Assembly: GCF_006345805.1 (NCBI RefSeq)
Contig: NW_021824942.1
Location: 1-17,000 of the forward strand
Length of the DNA stretch: 17,000 nt
Origin: Octopus sinensis
Lineage: Eukaryota
Reading direction: 5' to 3'
Part shown: positions 1-9,974 of the stretch, piece by piece
Layout: each line of letters begins with the position of its first letter
Numbering within the stretch: position 1 is the stretch's first letter
Position numbers and translations under genes: made by a program
The notes under the pieces: model-generated
The model's database searches: none
Seen by the model: the letters and a program-made list of their open reading frames with translations, nothing else
Told to the model about the DNA's origin: nothing

Positions 1-6
1 ACATTT

Positions 7-485
7 TTAGATCGAACACGTGTTTGAAATATTCGTGTTTCAAATCGCGTTGAATTTTAGGTAAAGATGATGAGCGTTCGAGCTGAGCAATCAATAGCAA
101 AACAATCGGAATTATAGAATACGTAACTGCTATATAATGATTGCTATCGAGACATTTATTGCCTCATTGATATGACTAGTATCAGTTATGAATCTGCCAA
201 GAGATTATCGTGAGAAATTCAAAATCGTCGGGTTTTTTTGAAAAGAAACATGGCGGTCGTATTACACACCTAATACTTGCCTGGTTTATTTCTAGGGACA
301 ACGAAAGGTTTCCCAAAATGGAATTCAAACTGAAGGAGGACAATTTGGAAACTGTAGATGAAAATTAAAGGGAATTATTGTGAGCAGCGATGGACGTCCT
401 TCAAGCAGAAGATTTCCAAAGGAGACTTGAAGTGTGGAATAGACGCTGGAATCGTTGCATAATTTATCGAGAATTATTTGATAGA
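7..485 (+). mobile_element. Decayed, internally deleted mariner (Tc1/mariner) transposase relic
   Basis: Hand translation with stops and frameshifts. N-terminal motifs: LDRTRV (7-24), KDDERS (63-80), ISYES (181-195). C-terminal motifs: FLKRNMAVVLHT*YLPGL (235-288, like FLAKNN..PHPPYSPDL), FPKMEFKLK (309-335), DFQRRLEVWNRRWNRCI (about 411-461). No TIRs recognised; the 5' end probably lies before the window. Confidence 0.75.
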
Positions 486-569
486 CTTAAATATAACATC
501 AGTCGTTGTAATCAGCTGACATAAAGATCTTCTTCTAAGATATTGCAAGACTGAATTAAAGCAGCGATT

Positions 570-1410
570 AATAGAATGAAAAGGACTTCAACAGGTTTAG
601 AATGAAGTGGGGTCTGAAGGGGGTGATCATAAGCATTCCAAAAATAGGTTTATTATTTTTTACCTTTGAAATTATTGTTCTCCCTGCAGTATTTGGCCGC
701 GGTGAAATATTCAACGAACCACTAGCGATAAGAGTAGATTTGCAGGTTTCTTTCTTTGTCCATTTCAGCGTGAGAATGAAAAACATGCAATGTTCAAGTT
801 CTACAGAAACCAGCATTTATAACCTCGTATCATTTTAAAACCTAGTTTTCGATTCAATTTTTTGTGGGGTAAATATTTCAAAGACTGTAACCCTTCGCCT
901 GTTTGAAAAATTAATTTTGGCGGATATTTGCTTCTTCCTATAATACGCTTCAATATTGCAGTAAATCCTGAGACAGCCTGGAAATGGATCCTTGCTAATT
1001 ACTCTGTTAATTGAATACCATCATTACCAGATCGCTTTTCGAACATTTCAAAGCCACCACGAGAGGTAACAAACGTTTCACTGCATTTCACAGCTTCTTT
1101 TCTTTGAAATTATTAAAATAAATTCAACGCATTCTGTGGGATAATGGCTTGGATGAGAGGCAAGTGGCACGGTGGCATATCAATCAGAAAACTAATTAGC
1201 CTTTTTGTCCGTATTTTTCATGATTTTGTTACGTGTACTTGTTTCGTTAAAACGTTCTGCTCATTTAGAATAATGCGTGGTATCTTTCAATCGTCAAGTG
1301 AATTAATTATGGTTGTTGAAATCAACAGCACAAGGCCTAATGATTCTACAGCAACACTACTGCCTACTCTTCGTTACAGTTTGGGTCATGATATTTCTTT
1401 AGGCTTATGT
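570..1410 (-). mobile_element. Decayed Tigger/pogo-family transposase relic
   Basis: Minus-strand motifs in the expected order: HTH-like SSVAVESLGL..STTII, CENP-B-like RLISFLID..LPLIQAII..NALNLF, ETFVTSRGGFEMFEKRSG (FVTSRGGF at 1050-1073), KYPPKLIFQTGEGL (888-929, in place of GY.P.QVFN.DETGL), WFVEYF..KYCRENN (704-721) and NAYDHP (like DNAPGHP). Many stops; the catalytic D residues are lost. Confidence 0.8.
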
Positions 1411-1453
1411 CATATGGTGGGATAACATGATAACTAAATAATATTATTGTTAA

Positions 1454-1842
1454 ACTAGCAGTATCGCCCAGCGTTGCTCGGGTTTGTTTCGACCCTTTAG
1501 AATTAGAATATTTGAAAAGTAAAAATTTTGCATTTATGTAGCTTGTTATTCTCTTTAAGTGAACATTTTTCTGGTTGAAATACACCGAAAAATGGCAACA
1601 CAGCAGTAAAAAAATCGTAAAAAATACAGATTTTCATAGAAAAAAGCACCTTTTTGATGTAAATAATTTTTGGTGTTAACATAGTACGATTTGGATTTTT
1701 CTTCTACGAAAGGAAGAGCAAGCCTCCTTCTATCATACTCTCAATTTTGGTCAACTTGGGCCGCAGGGTCTCGGAGGAGATAGTGTTAGATGAAGGCTGC
1801 CAAACCTGCCACACACAGACAACTTCAGCTTTATATATATAT
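1454..1842 (+). mobile_element. Non-autonomous Helitron/DINE-1/Lep1-like element
   Basis: Starts ACTAGCAGTATCG followed by a GC hairpin CCCAGCGTTGCTCGGG (1467-1482). Ends ...CACACACAGACAACTTCAGCTTTATATATAT. This architecture resembles animal non-autonomous rolling-circle elements (from memory). No coding capacity. Confidence 0.5.
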
Positions 1843-2117
1843 TACTGCGGTATATTAAGAAATTGTTGTATATGTGGCACGAAATAGCATGCAGAAACAC
1901 TCCAGAAGCCGCAAGCAAATCAAATGTGAGTGACTGATATCTTTCTTTTAGATAAGTTTCCGAAGTAACGATAGAGTGTTTATGACAGGTTTGAATTTGA
2001 GTTAGAAATTCCGGCGACAGTCAAGCAAAGGAAATAAGCGCTTTTATATTTGTAATTTTGGACGTAAAATCCTTCCAGTATTAAACTGTAAAACCAAATC
2101 ATATCGTGTGACTATAA

Positions 2118-2136
2118 TATGTGTATATGTATATAC

Positions 2137-2220
<84 letters not shown>

Positions 2221-2312
2221 TATGTGTGTGTGTATTGTATGTATATGTATATATATATGTATGTATATATATATATATATATTATATATATATATATATA
2301 TATTATATATAT
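2118..2312. repeat. Compound (TA)n/(TG)n microsatellite
   Basis: Seen directly; explains the ORFs at 2108-2387. Confidence 0.97.
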
Positions 2313-2559
2313 GTAAATGTAATATGTGACAATTATTCGGTAGCGATGATAAAACTCTGAGTTTCGGATGGCGAGGTGGAAATCCACGCCGCCATCTCTC
2401 TATATATGAGGTTATCCTGAAATAGGAGTTGCTTATCTATTGTAAATATCTCAAATTTGTAATATAAATATTATAAATATACATTTTACATTTCATTACA
2501 AAAGTGTAAATTAGTAAAACTTCCTGATAACCTGGAATACTCCTAATTCCCTAATATTA

Positions 2560-2604
<45 letters not shown>

Positions 2605-2806
2605 GAGAGAGAGGAATGGGGAGAACAAAATGACCAATCGACTTCGTCGGACGTGACTTCAATTATCAAAACACTGTTCATTCTGCACACACCTATTTAT
2701 ATATATATATGTGTGCATGTATGTATGTACGTATGTATGTATTCATATGAATATGCATATAAATATCCATGTATGTGTGTGAATGTGTTTTTGTGTGAGT
2801 GTGTTT

Positions 2807-2841
<35 letters not shown>

Positions 2842-3124
2842 CAACAATTGAGGGTAAAATTAATTAGTTATTAATCAATTTCACCAAGTAGTGTTTCTAT
2901 GTAAAAGGACCATTTAAGGCGAATTCAAAATATTACATTATATAATTAGGGCTTAGTAAAATAAATTACTTGCCACATACTGAACTTTCTAGAAATAGCA
3001 GCCAAAAAGTTTTTAGCTTTACGTTTCCACTACTTTAAGAAAATTTCTCTCAGATAATGGCTGCTATTTCTAGAAAGTTCAGTATGTGGCAAAGTAATTT
3101 ATTTTACTAAGCCCTAATTATATA
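2842..3124. mobile_element. TA-flanked short repeat element ending in a 66/67-bp inverted repeat
   Basis: Left arm 2939-3004 and right arm 3058-3124 are reverse complements apart from one 1-nt indel; spacer 53 bp. (TA)n runs on both sides. Bases 2842-2920 have a second, inverted copy at 11461-11540. Confidence 0.75.
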
Positions 3125-3184
3125 TAATATATATATATATTATATATATATATTATATATATATAATATATATATATATATATA

Positions 3185-4600
3185 CCAGGTGTAACTAACA
3201 GCGAAATTGTCCAAGTTTTAGAATCATCTTCGAAACTTGTATCTCGGGAATGCTTAAAGATAACATAATGGGGTTATCAGGGGGTTTTCCAGCACTACTG
3301 GACTCTACTTTGAGTAAGAAAAAATGAAGGTTACTTTCCAAGCTTACCAAAAGAATCGTGATGAGGTTGATCCTGGATGAAAATGACATTTTCATAAATA
3401 ACTAACCATAGCTCAGGATATAAAATTTGAATGGAAACTTATAGTTTTATTTCAAATTGCCAGGGACAAGTCTGGCCGAAATTCTACTTGTTCGGCACCA
3501 AGAGTTGCTCCTCTTTTCGTAATTATTTTCTCAACCTTCTTTCCGACTGCACCACAGCGCTTTCTTAATGAATTCGTCACCAATGTCTTACTCCTACGTC
3601 CTACGGATGGGTTTTTGAGGACTTGCAAGTTACTGTGGGGCTCCTCACAAGCTTTTCTGACCAGTTCATTCCAGATGCTGACGTCTAAAGGGTTCAAATC
3701 AGGTGATAAAGGAGGTCAAGTGTCCTTATCACCAAACCTGTTCCCAAACTCATCCCTGAGAAATTGTTGAGCAACTGCACTTGTGTGACAAGGAGCTTGC
3801 TAGAATGTAAACTTGAAGTTTTTAGCAATCTTGTTGGGGTTTCCCTCGTCTCTTGCCTAAGGATATTCAAAAAGAATTCAAGTCTTTACATCTTTCAAAA
3901 CCTGAACAAAACAAAATCCTGTCAGTTTCACAGCCTTCTTAAAGGTGATCAATGGTATTTTCTTTCCATCACAGATCGGTTTTGACACATGAAAATGACA
4001 TTTTTGGCTCTCTCGTGAGAAGGTGAAGCCAGAACGGGGCTGTTGTGTCTGTTTCTTGAGCGAAATTGTTCTGATCTTTGAAAGAACAATCCAGGATTAT
4101 GCCTCACTTTGTTCAAGATCATCTACACCCTCTCCAACCTTCTAACATTTTGTCCTGGAGTAACGAGGTGCCTCATAGGTCTCACTACGATTTCCTCTTC
4201 AAGTTTTCTGTCACCGCTCTTGGAGCTTTCATGGAACTTACCTCTCTTGCGAGTCAAACGTCTTATGGATTGAGTTGGATATCGTTTCTGAGTGAGCTCT
4301 TCACTTCCAGATTAAAACGATGATCCCTTTTGCGATTATGAACTCCTGATCCAGTTTTCCTTTCTACAATTCCCTCTTTCTCAAACTTTTTTCAGAATTC
4401 TCTTGGTAGTTCTTGAATGTACTTTAAAAATGGAAGATACAGAATGAATGTTGGTACCATTAGTGAAGGCCCGGATGATCTTAGCCTTCTCAACATTACT
4501 TATTTGGGAAGACATGGTGAGGCTGGCGCAAAACGATTTCAACCTGTTCTTTTCTACTAAATATCTCAATGGGTATTTCACTGATTCTCACAAAATCTAG
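3185..4600 (-). mobile_element. Decayed maT/mori (DD37D-like) Tc1/mariner-superfamily element with near full-length transposase
   Basis: ATG at 4515 (MSSQISNVEKAKIIRAF..), then YPTQSIRRL, RHLVTPGQNVRRLERV, RNRHN, ICDGKKIPL, FTF*Q--APCHT, T*PPLSPDLNPLDVSIW (PPLSPDLNPLD at 3683-3715), ending about 3452. SPDLNPLD is typical of maT rather than mariner (YSPDLAPSD). One terminus is TA|CCAGGTG at 3183-3191; the matching TIR at the other end was not found. Confidence 0.85.
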
Positions 4601-4713
4601 TGTCAGTATAGCAAGGTGACTTATCTGAAAGGCATGGAAAATTGCAAATCGATTTGTTTATTGGTTTTAAGAAACTGTGAGTGTAATGAATTTGCATGTA
4701 TGGGTCAAAACAG

Positions 4714-5845
4714 TTTTATTCAAACAGAAGTAGAGCGAACTCTACCGGACTGAGTAGTTACATTTGGGAAATTGAAAGACAAAAATAATAACTATACCTT
4801 AGAATGGCGTATCCTAGCCACAACTTCCTCATATAACATCAACAATAATCGTTGGGATCTCTGTCTAAATGAGAAATTCTTTATTTTAATGGCCAGATCA
4901 CATCTACATAATAAAATTATTTTTGTTTGCATAAAGGCCGATTCGTATTCTCAAAATATCGCTAAACCATTTGATCCTTTAAGTATCGCTAATCCCTATT
5001 TTACAGGTTATTAGCGAACCTGCTTAACCTCTTATTACCTCCCCTTAACCTTCCCACGTACCACTTATCACTACCCAACTTCACTCCACAATATAACTAA
5101 TTACTGAACTTTATACTTATTTTACGTACTACTCTAGGGCACTATTTTCCCATAATTTAATTTCACTTTATAGCTAGACTACCGACTCATTTTACATGCT
5201 ATGATTTCCCTGGCGATCTTATTGTTTTTCTATGTACTCTTCAACACTTTATATTATTCATTTACTTAGCCTATTGTACACACAGAATCGTAGATACTTT
5301 AAATAATAACATTAAACTTACACTACGGCTTCCTATGAAATTGCATGAACTAAATTACAAGTTATAAATTAGCGTCGCATATGTCCAAATAACTACACCG
5401 GACATCCCCAATAGCTATAAATCCCTCGGCTTACACCGGCGGTCAACTAGCAATGGGCAGCGGATGCTAGAACCTACGGACACGAGGAATTATGAAACTA
5501 ACTAATTATAAGACCATGGATTTATCAAACTCTCTTCTCTTCTTTCCTCTAACTAATACAATAAATTATGGGAAGTCACTAAAATGTAAGACTATTGAAT
5601 TAAAGAACATTTTTTCCTTTTTCCTTTCCTTTCCTTATATTTTCTACTCTATTTTCTTTCTATTTATCTTTTGCCATATTACTGTTCCGAAGATGTCTTT
5701 CAATTGTAACGAGGTAAATGCAAATTTATCCCCAGCTTGATATACAGAAACAGCTGTAAACATACTCTCTTTTTAATTAAATAATAACTTTAAAAACGCC
5801 AATGATCCACTTCTCACTGTTAATTGCTCCATTTCTTATCGTCTC
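4714..5845 (+). mobile_element. 5'-truncated Penelope-like retroelement: GIY-YIG endonuclease C-terminus plus 3' region
   Basis: With two frameshifts, 4714-4965 reads SNRSRANSTGLSSYIWE-LKDKNNNYTLEWRILATTSSYNINNNRWDLCLNEKFFIL..FCLHKGRFVFSKYR*. This matches the LSxYIWxLK..Y...W.I / CxLCLxEK / CxH pattern of C-terminal-endonuclease PLEs (from memory). About 880 bp of non-coding sequence follows and ends in (TA)n at 5846. Confidence 0.75.
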
Positions 5846-5894
5846 TATATATATATACATATACATACATACCTACATATATATGTGCAGATAG

Positions 5895-5931
<37 letters not shown>

Positions 5932-5978
5932 ATAGATAGAGAGAGAGAGAGAGAGGAGAGAGAGATAGATAGATAGAT

Positions 5979-6010
<32 letters not shown>

Positions 6011-6178
6011 AGAGATATGTAAGTACGTATATGTATAAGATGATATCGGACAGTGGGAATATCGCATTGGTGAATAAATATACTTTACCATTGGTTTCAT
6101 GCTGAGAATACTAAGCAATTATCAAGTGTGCCACAACTGACGTTGGTGCGCGTCTCCATGTTGGATTGTTACCAACAA

Positions 6179-6215
<37 letters not shown>

Positions 6216-7697
6216 TGTATACGTGCACAGACACACACAAACATACTCTCAGACATATATATACACATATACACATACAAAAATATGTATAAATTATTGA
6301 GGACTTAATAAATAATACGGAGCTAAATGTCTAAATGAAGATTAATGGTTAAATCTTTCGAACCTAAGTTTTCACTTTATGTGTGTGCGTATCTGTGTGT
6401 ACACATATATACAGATATGTATATATGGGTGTGAGAGTGTTTGTGTATTTGTATGTATGTGTGTATATATGTGGGTTTATATATATGTATACACATGTTG
6501 ACATATGCGCCTGTTTACGCTAAACTCACATGCATTTACACAAACATCTGGTATACACTCGTACGGATGTGTGATTGCATGCGTGTAACAACATATGTAC
6601 GTGAATGTCAGTTTCACTGTGTGTGTGAGTCCATAGACCTTAAGCATATATTTATATATATATAATATATGTATACATATATTTGAATGTATATATGGAT
6701 ATAAAAATAAGTGTATATATATATATATAATTTTACATATCCATCTTGGTTTTGTAAATATGTGTGTGTGTGTGTGTGAGTATATATGTGCTTGTATGTG
6801 TGCAGAGTCCTTAAACTTATTTTTTATATATACATATGTATGAATTTATATGTGCATATAAATATGTGTATATATGTATTATATATATATTTATAAATAT
6901 ATTAATATATATATACATGTATGTATGTATGTATGCTTATATGTATGTATTTATGTATGAATGTATGTATGTATGTATGTATGTATTTATGTATGTATGT
7001 ATGTATGTATGTATATACGGGCTACATTATATACGCTTGTTTACGTAAAACTCACACATGCTATCAACCAAAACATACAGGTAGACATACACATGCATAC
7101 ACGCATACATGCGCGTGTGCATGTACGTGACTGTATATGCGTAAATGAATGTGTGTAGTTGGATATATGGTATATGTGTATACGTATGTGTGTGTGTGTG
7201 TGTATGTATGTGTGTGTGTGTGAGATGTGTTTCTGACTACGAATTTGTTTACTAGCGAAATTTTATTCTCCCACCCCACTTTACCACCCACTCCCTCTCT
7301 CTCTCTTTCACTCACACACACACATACACACACTCTCTTTCTCTCTCTTTCTGCCTCTCTCTCTCTCTCTCTCTCTCTTTCTCCCTCTCTCTCTCACCCA
7401 AACTCATTTTCATTCTACAGAAACATAAATTACACTTTTAAAGAAACCGATACAAAAATACAAACACGAAAATGCGCAAGTACAGAGAGCAGCCAAACAT
7501 ACATACACGTGTGTATGTGTGTGTGTGTGTATGTGTGTATGTATGTATGTATGCAGGTAAATGCATGTGAACTTATAGATTGGCGTATAAATATTTATGC
7601 ATTCATATACAGTAGTTTACATATGTATATACACATACATAAATGTACATGAATACACACACCGTCACACATATATATGTACACACACATACACACA

Positions 7698-7745
<48 letters not shown>

Positions 7746-7746
7746 T

Positions 7747-7787
<41 letters not shown>

Positions 7788-8017
7788 TCATATACGTGTG
7801 TATGTCTGCATATATTAATATATATTATGTATTCTATGCCTGCACGTGTGCGAGTGTATATGTATGTATCTATATATAATTTTATGTATATATATATATA
7901 CAGAAATATATATGTGTATGTGTTTGTATATATATACACCTATATAGTAATAATCATATACATTAATATTAATGTATATACATGTATATACATATATACG
8001 TACATATACATATATAA

Positions 8018-8062
<45 letters not shown>

Positions 8063-8105
8063 CATGCATGTATGTGTATATATAAACACGTACAAACACA
8101 CACAT
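5846..8105. repeat. Microsatellite-rich field: (TA)n, (TAGA)n 5889-6010, (TATG)n about 6917-7015, (CT)n, (CA)n/(TG)n
   Basis: Seen directly; short unique spacers in between; explains all ORFs from 5873 to 8159. Confidence 0.95.
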
Positions 8106-8705
8106 TCGCAGAGTACTGCTAAATTTCCTTTGATGTTATCACCAATTTTTTTTTCTTAGACATATCTCGATATTTTTCCAGAAGGCTTTCACCAAACTAT
8201 TTTCAACATCTAGCATGAAAACAATATTTCTTTCTTCCAATTTTTTTTTCTTGCATCTTGGCAAAGCGTTGGAATCAAAGATGGCGGCGGAGTCTTCGAC
8301 TAGCTTTTTACTGGATTCATATAATTGGTAGCTGCTGCCGTTTCAATATTTAAAACAGAAAAAATATCAGATTTAGGGAAGTTATACAGCGACATACCTG
8401 TCTACCAATCTATATACGCAGCATCTTAACACACTTGCTTATCTCTATCTTTATACATGGACTTAACTTCCTCTCCTCTCTCACTCTGTATATTAACATG
8501 CACGTATTTACATATACATGCACACACACAAACACACACACACACACACACACACATACACATATGTATATAAATGTATTTATAAATTCACACAAACACA
8601 CACATACATATAACTCTCTTCATTTGCCCTCTTTCCTTTACTTCCTCCTTTCCCGCTTGAACTTCTCCCCCCCCCCTCTCTGTCTCCTCATTCTCTTTCA
8701 CAACT

Positions 8706-9274
8706 GGCAGAATCGTTAGCACGCCGGGTGAAATGCTTAGCAGTATTTCGTCTGCCGTTACGTTCTGAGTTCAGATTCCGCCGATGTCGACTTTGTCTTT
8801 CATCCTTTCGGGGTCGATTAAATAGGTACCAGTTACGCACTGGCGTTGATATAATCGACTTAATCCGTTTGTCTGTCCTTGTTTGTCCTCCCTGTGTTTA
8901 GCCACTTGTCGGTAGTAAAGAAATAGGTAATTTGTCTAACGCTACGTTCTGAGTTCAAATTCCGCCGAGGTCGATTTTGCCTTTCATGGGGTCGATAAAT
9001 TAAGTATCAGTTACGCACTGGGGTCGATGTAATCGACTTAATCCATTTGTCTGTCCTTGTTTCTTCTCTCTGTGTTTAGCCCCTTGTCGGTAGTAAAGAA
9101 ATAGGTATTTCGTCTGCTGTTACGTTCTGAGTTCAAATTCCGACGAGGTCGACTTCGCCTTTCATCCTTTCTTGTCCGATTAAAGAAGTACCAGTTTCGC
9201 ACTTGGGTCGATGTAATCGACTTCATCTCTTTGTCTGTCCTTGTTTGTCCCCTCGGTGGGCAATAAAGAAATAA
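8706..9274 (+). mobile_element. Head-to-tail trimer of a tRNA-derived SINE (one full copy plus two 5'-truncated units)
   Basis: Unit 1 is 8706-8926, with an A-box-like TGGCAGAATCG. Units 2 (8927-9104) and 3 (9105-9274) start at the position equivalent to 8743. All three carry a B-box-like GAGTTCA(A/G)ATTCC, the central CCTTTCATCCTTTCGGGGTCGAT..AGTACCAG-type domain and end in AAAGAAATA. Confidence 0.85.
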
Positions 9275-9294
9275 ATATTTTTATAGTTGCATAT

Positions 9295-9340
<46 letters not shown>

Positions 9341-9342
<2 letters not shown>

Positions 9343-9720
9343 TTGTTTCAGTCATTTTGACTGCGGCCATGCTGGAGCACCGCCTTCTAGTCGAGTAAAT
9401 CGACCCCAGGACTTATTCTTTGTAAGCCTAGTACTTATTATATCATGCTCTTTTGCTGAACCGCTAGATTACGGGGACATAAACACACCAGCATCGGTTG
9501 TCAAGCAATGGTGGGGGGACAAACAGACACACAAACATATACACACATACATATATATACATATATACGACGGGCTTCTTTTAGTTTCTGTCTACCAGAT
9601 CCACTGACAAGGCATTGGTCGACCCGAGGGTATAGTAGAAACACTTGCCCAAGGTGCCACGCAGTGGGAATGAACCCGGAACCATGTGGTTGGTAAGCAA
9701 GCTACTTACCACACAGCCAC
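9341..9720 (-). mobile_element. Full-length tRNA-derived CORE-type SINE (octopus OR2-like), copy A
   Basis: Minus strand: tRNA-like head GTGGCTGTGTGGTAAGTAGC..GGGTTCATTCCCACTG, CORE-like CCTTGGGCAAGTG, internal (TA/TG) microsatellite, 3' half ending GGCGGTGCTCCAGCATGGCCGCAGTC..TGACTGAAACAAGT. Homologous to several other copies in the window. The family name is from memory. Confidence 0.88.
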
Positions 9721-9897
9721 AAAAAATCAAAAGACGAAGACCGGTGGTGTAGACAACAAACAGATGTATTAGTTTAACGCTCGGGAAGTGAAAAAGTCTT
9801 TAACGATTCGAGCCTACTCTCTTCCACAGAATGGAACACAGAAAGAAACATGGAGAGAACATAAAGAATGTGTAGTGACTAGCGATCTATCATGGCG

Positions 9898-9900
<3 letters not shown>
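9721..9900 (-). mobile_element. Short repeat fragment with a decayed hammerhead-like core, ending at (TA)n
   Basis: Minus strand 9833-9798 reads CATT-CTGTGGA-A-GAGA-GTAG-GCTC-GAATCGTT-AAAG. Non-coding; abuts a SINE head and a TA run. Confidence 0.45.
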
Positions 9901-9937
<37 letters not shown>

Positions 9938-9974
9938 TACGTGTATACCTATATTCTTTTTCTTTCTTTTCTTT

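Noticed and set aside
2947-3116. hAT-type MITE based on TAGGG...CCCTA ends
   Set aside because: The 8-bp flanks (TATATAAT and ATTATATA) are reverse complements, not a direct target-site duplication, and the repeat family extends beyond the left arm.
3195-3395. 66-aa minus-strand ORF after the maT transposase
   Set aside because: It lies in the element's subterminal non-coding region, shows no motif, and its length is expected by chance.
4772-5014. 80-aa ORF as a standalone endonuclease gene
   Set aside because: It is a frameshifted fragment of a truncated PLE; the GIY-YIG catalytic N-terminus and the RT are absent.
8706-9274. Regularly spaced direct repeats suggesting a CRISPR array
   Set aside because: The units are about 180-bp whole SINE bodies with no unique spacers, the DNA is eukaryotic, and there are no cas genes.
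9640-9720. tRNA gene calls for the SINE heads (also near 8706, 10270-10350, 12963 and 16757)
   Set aside because: They have A/B-box-like motifs but no complete cloverleaf, and each runs on into a SINE body.
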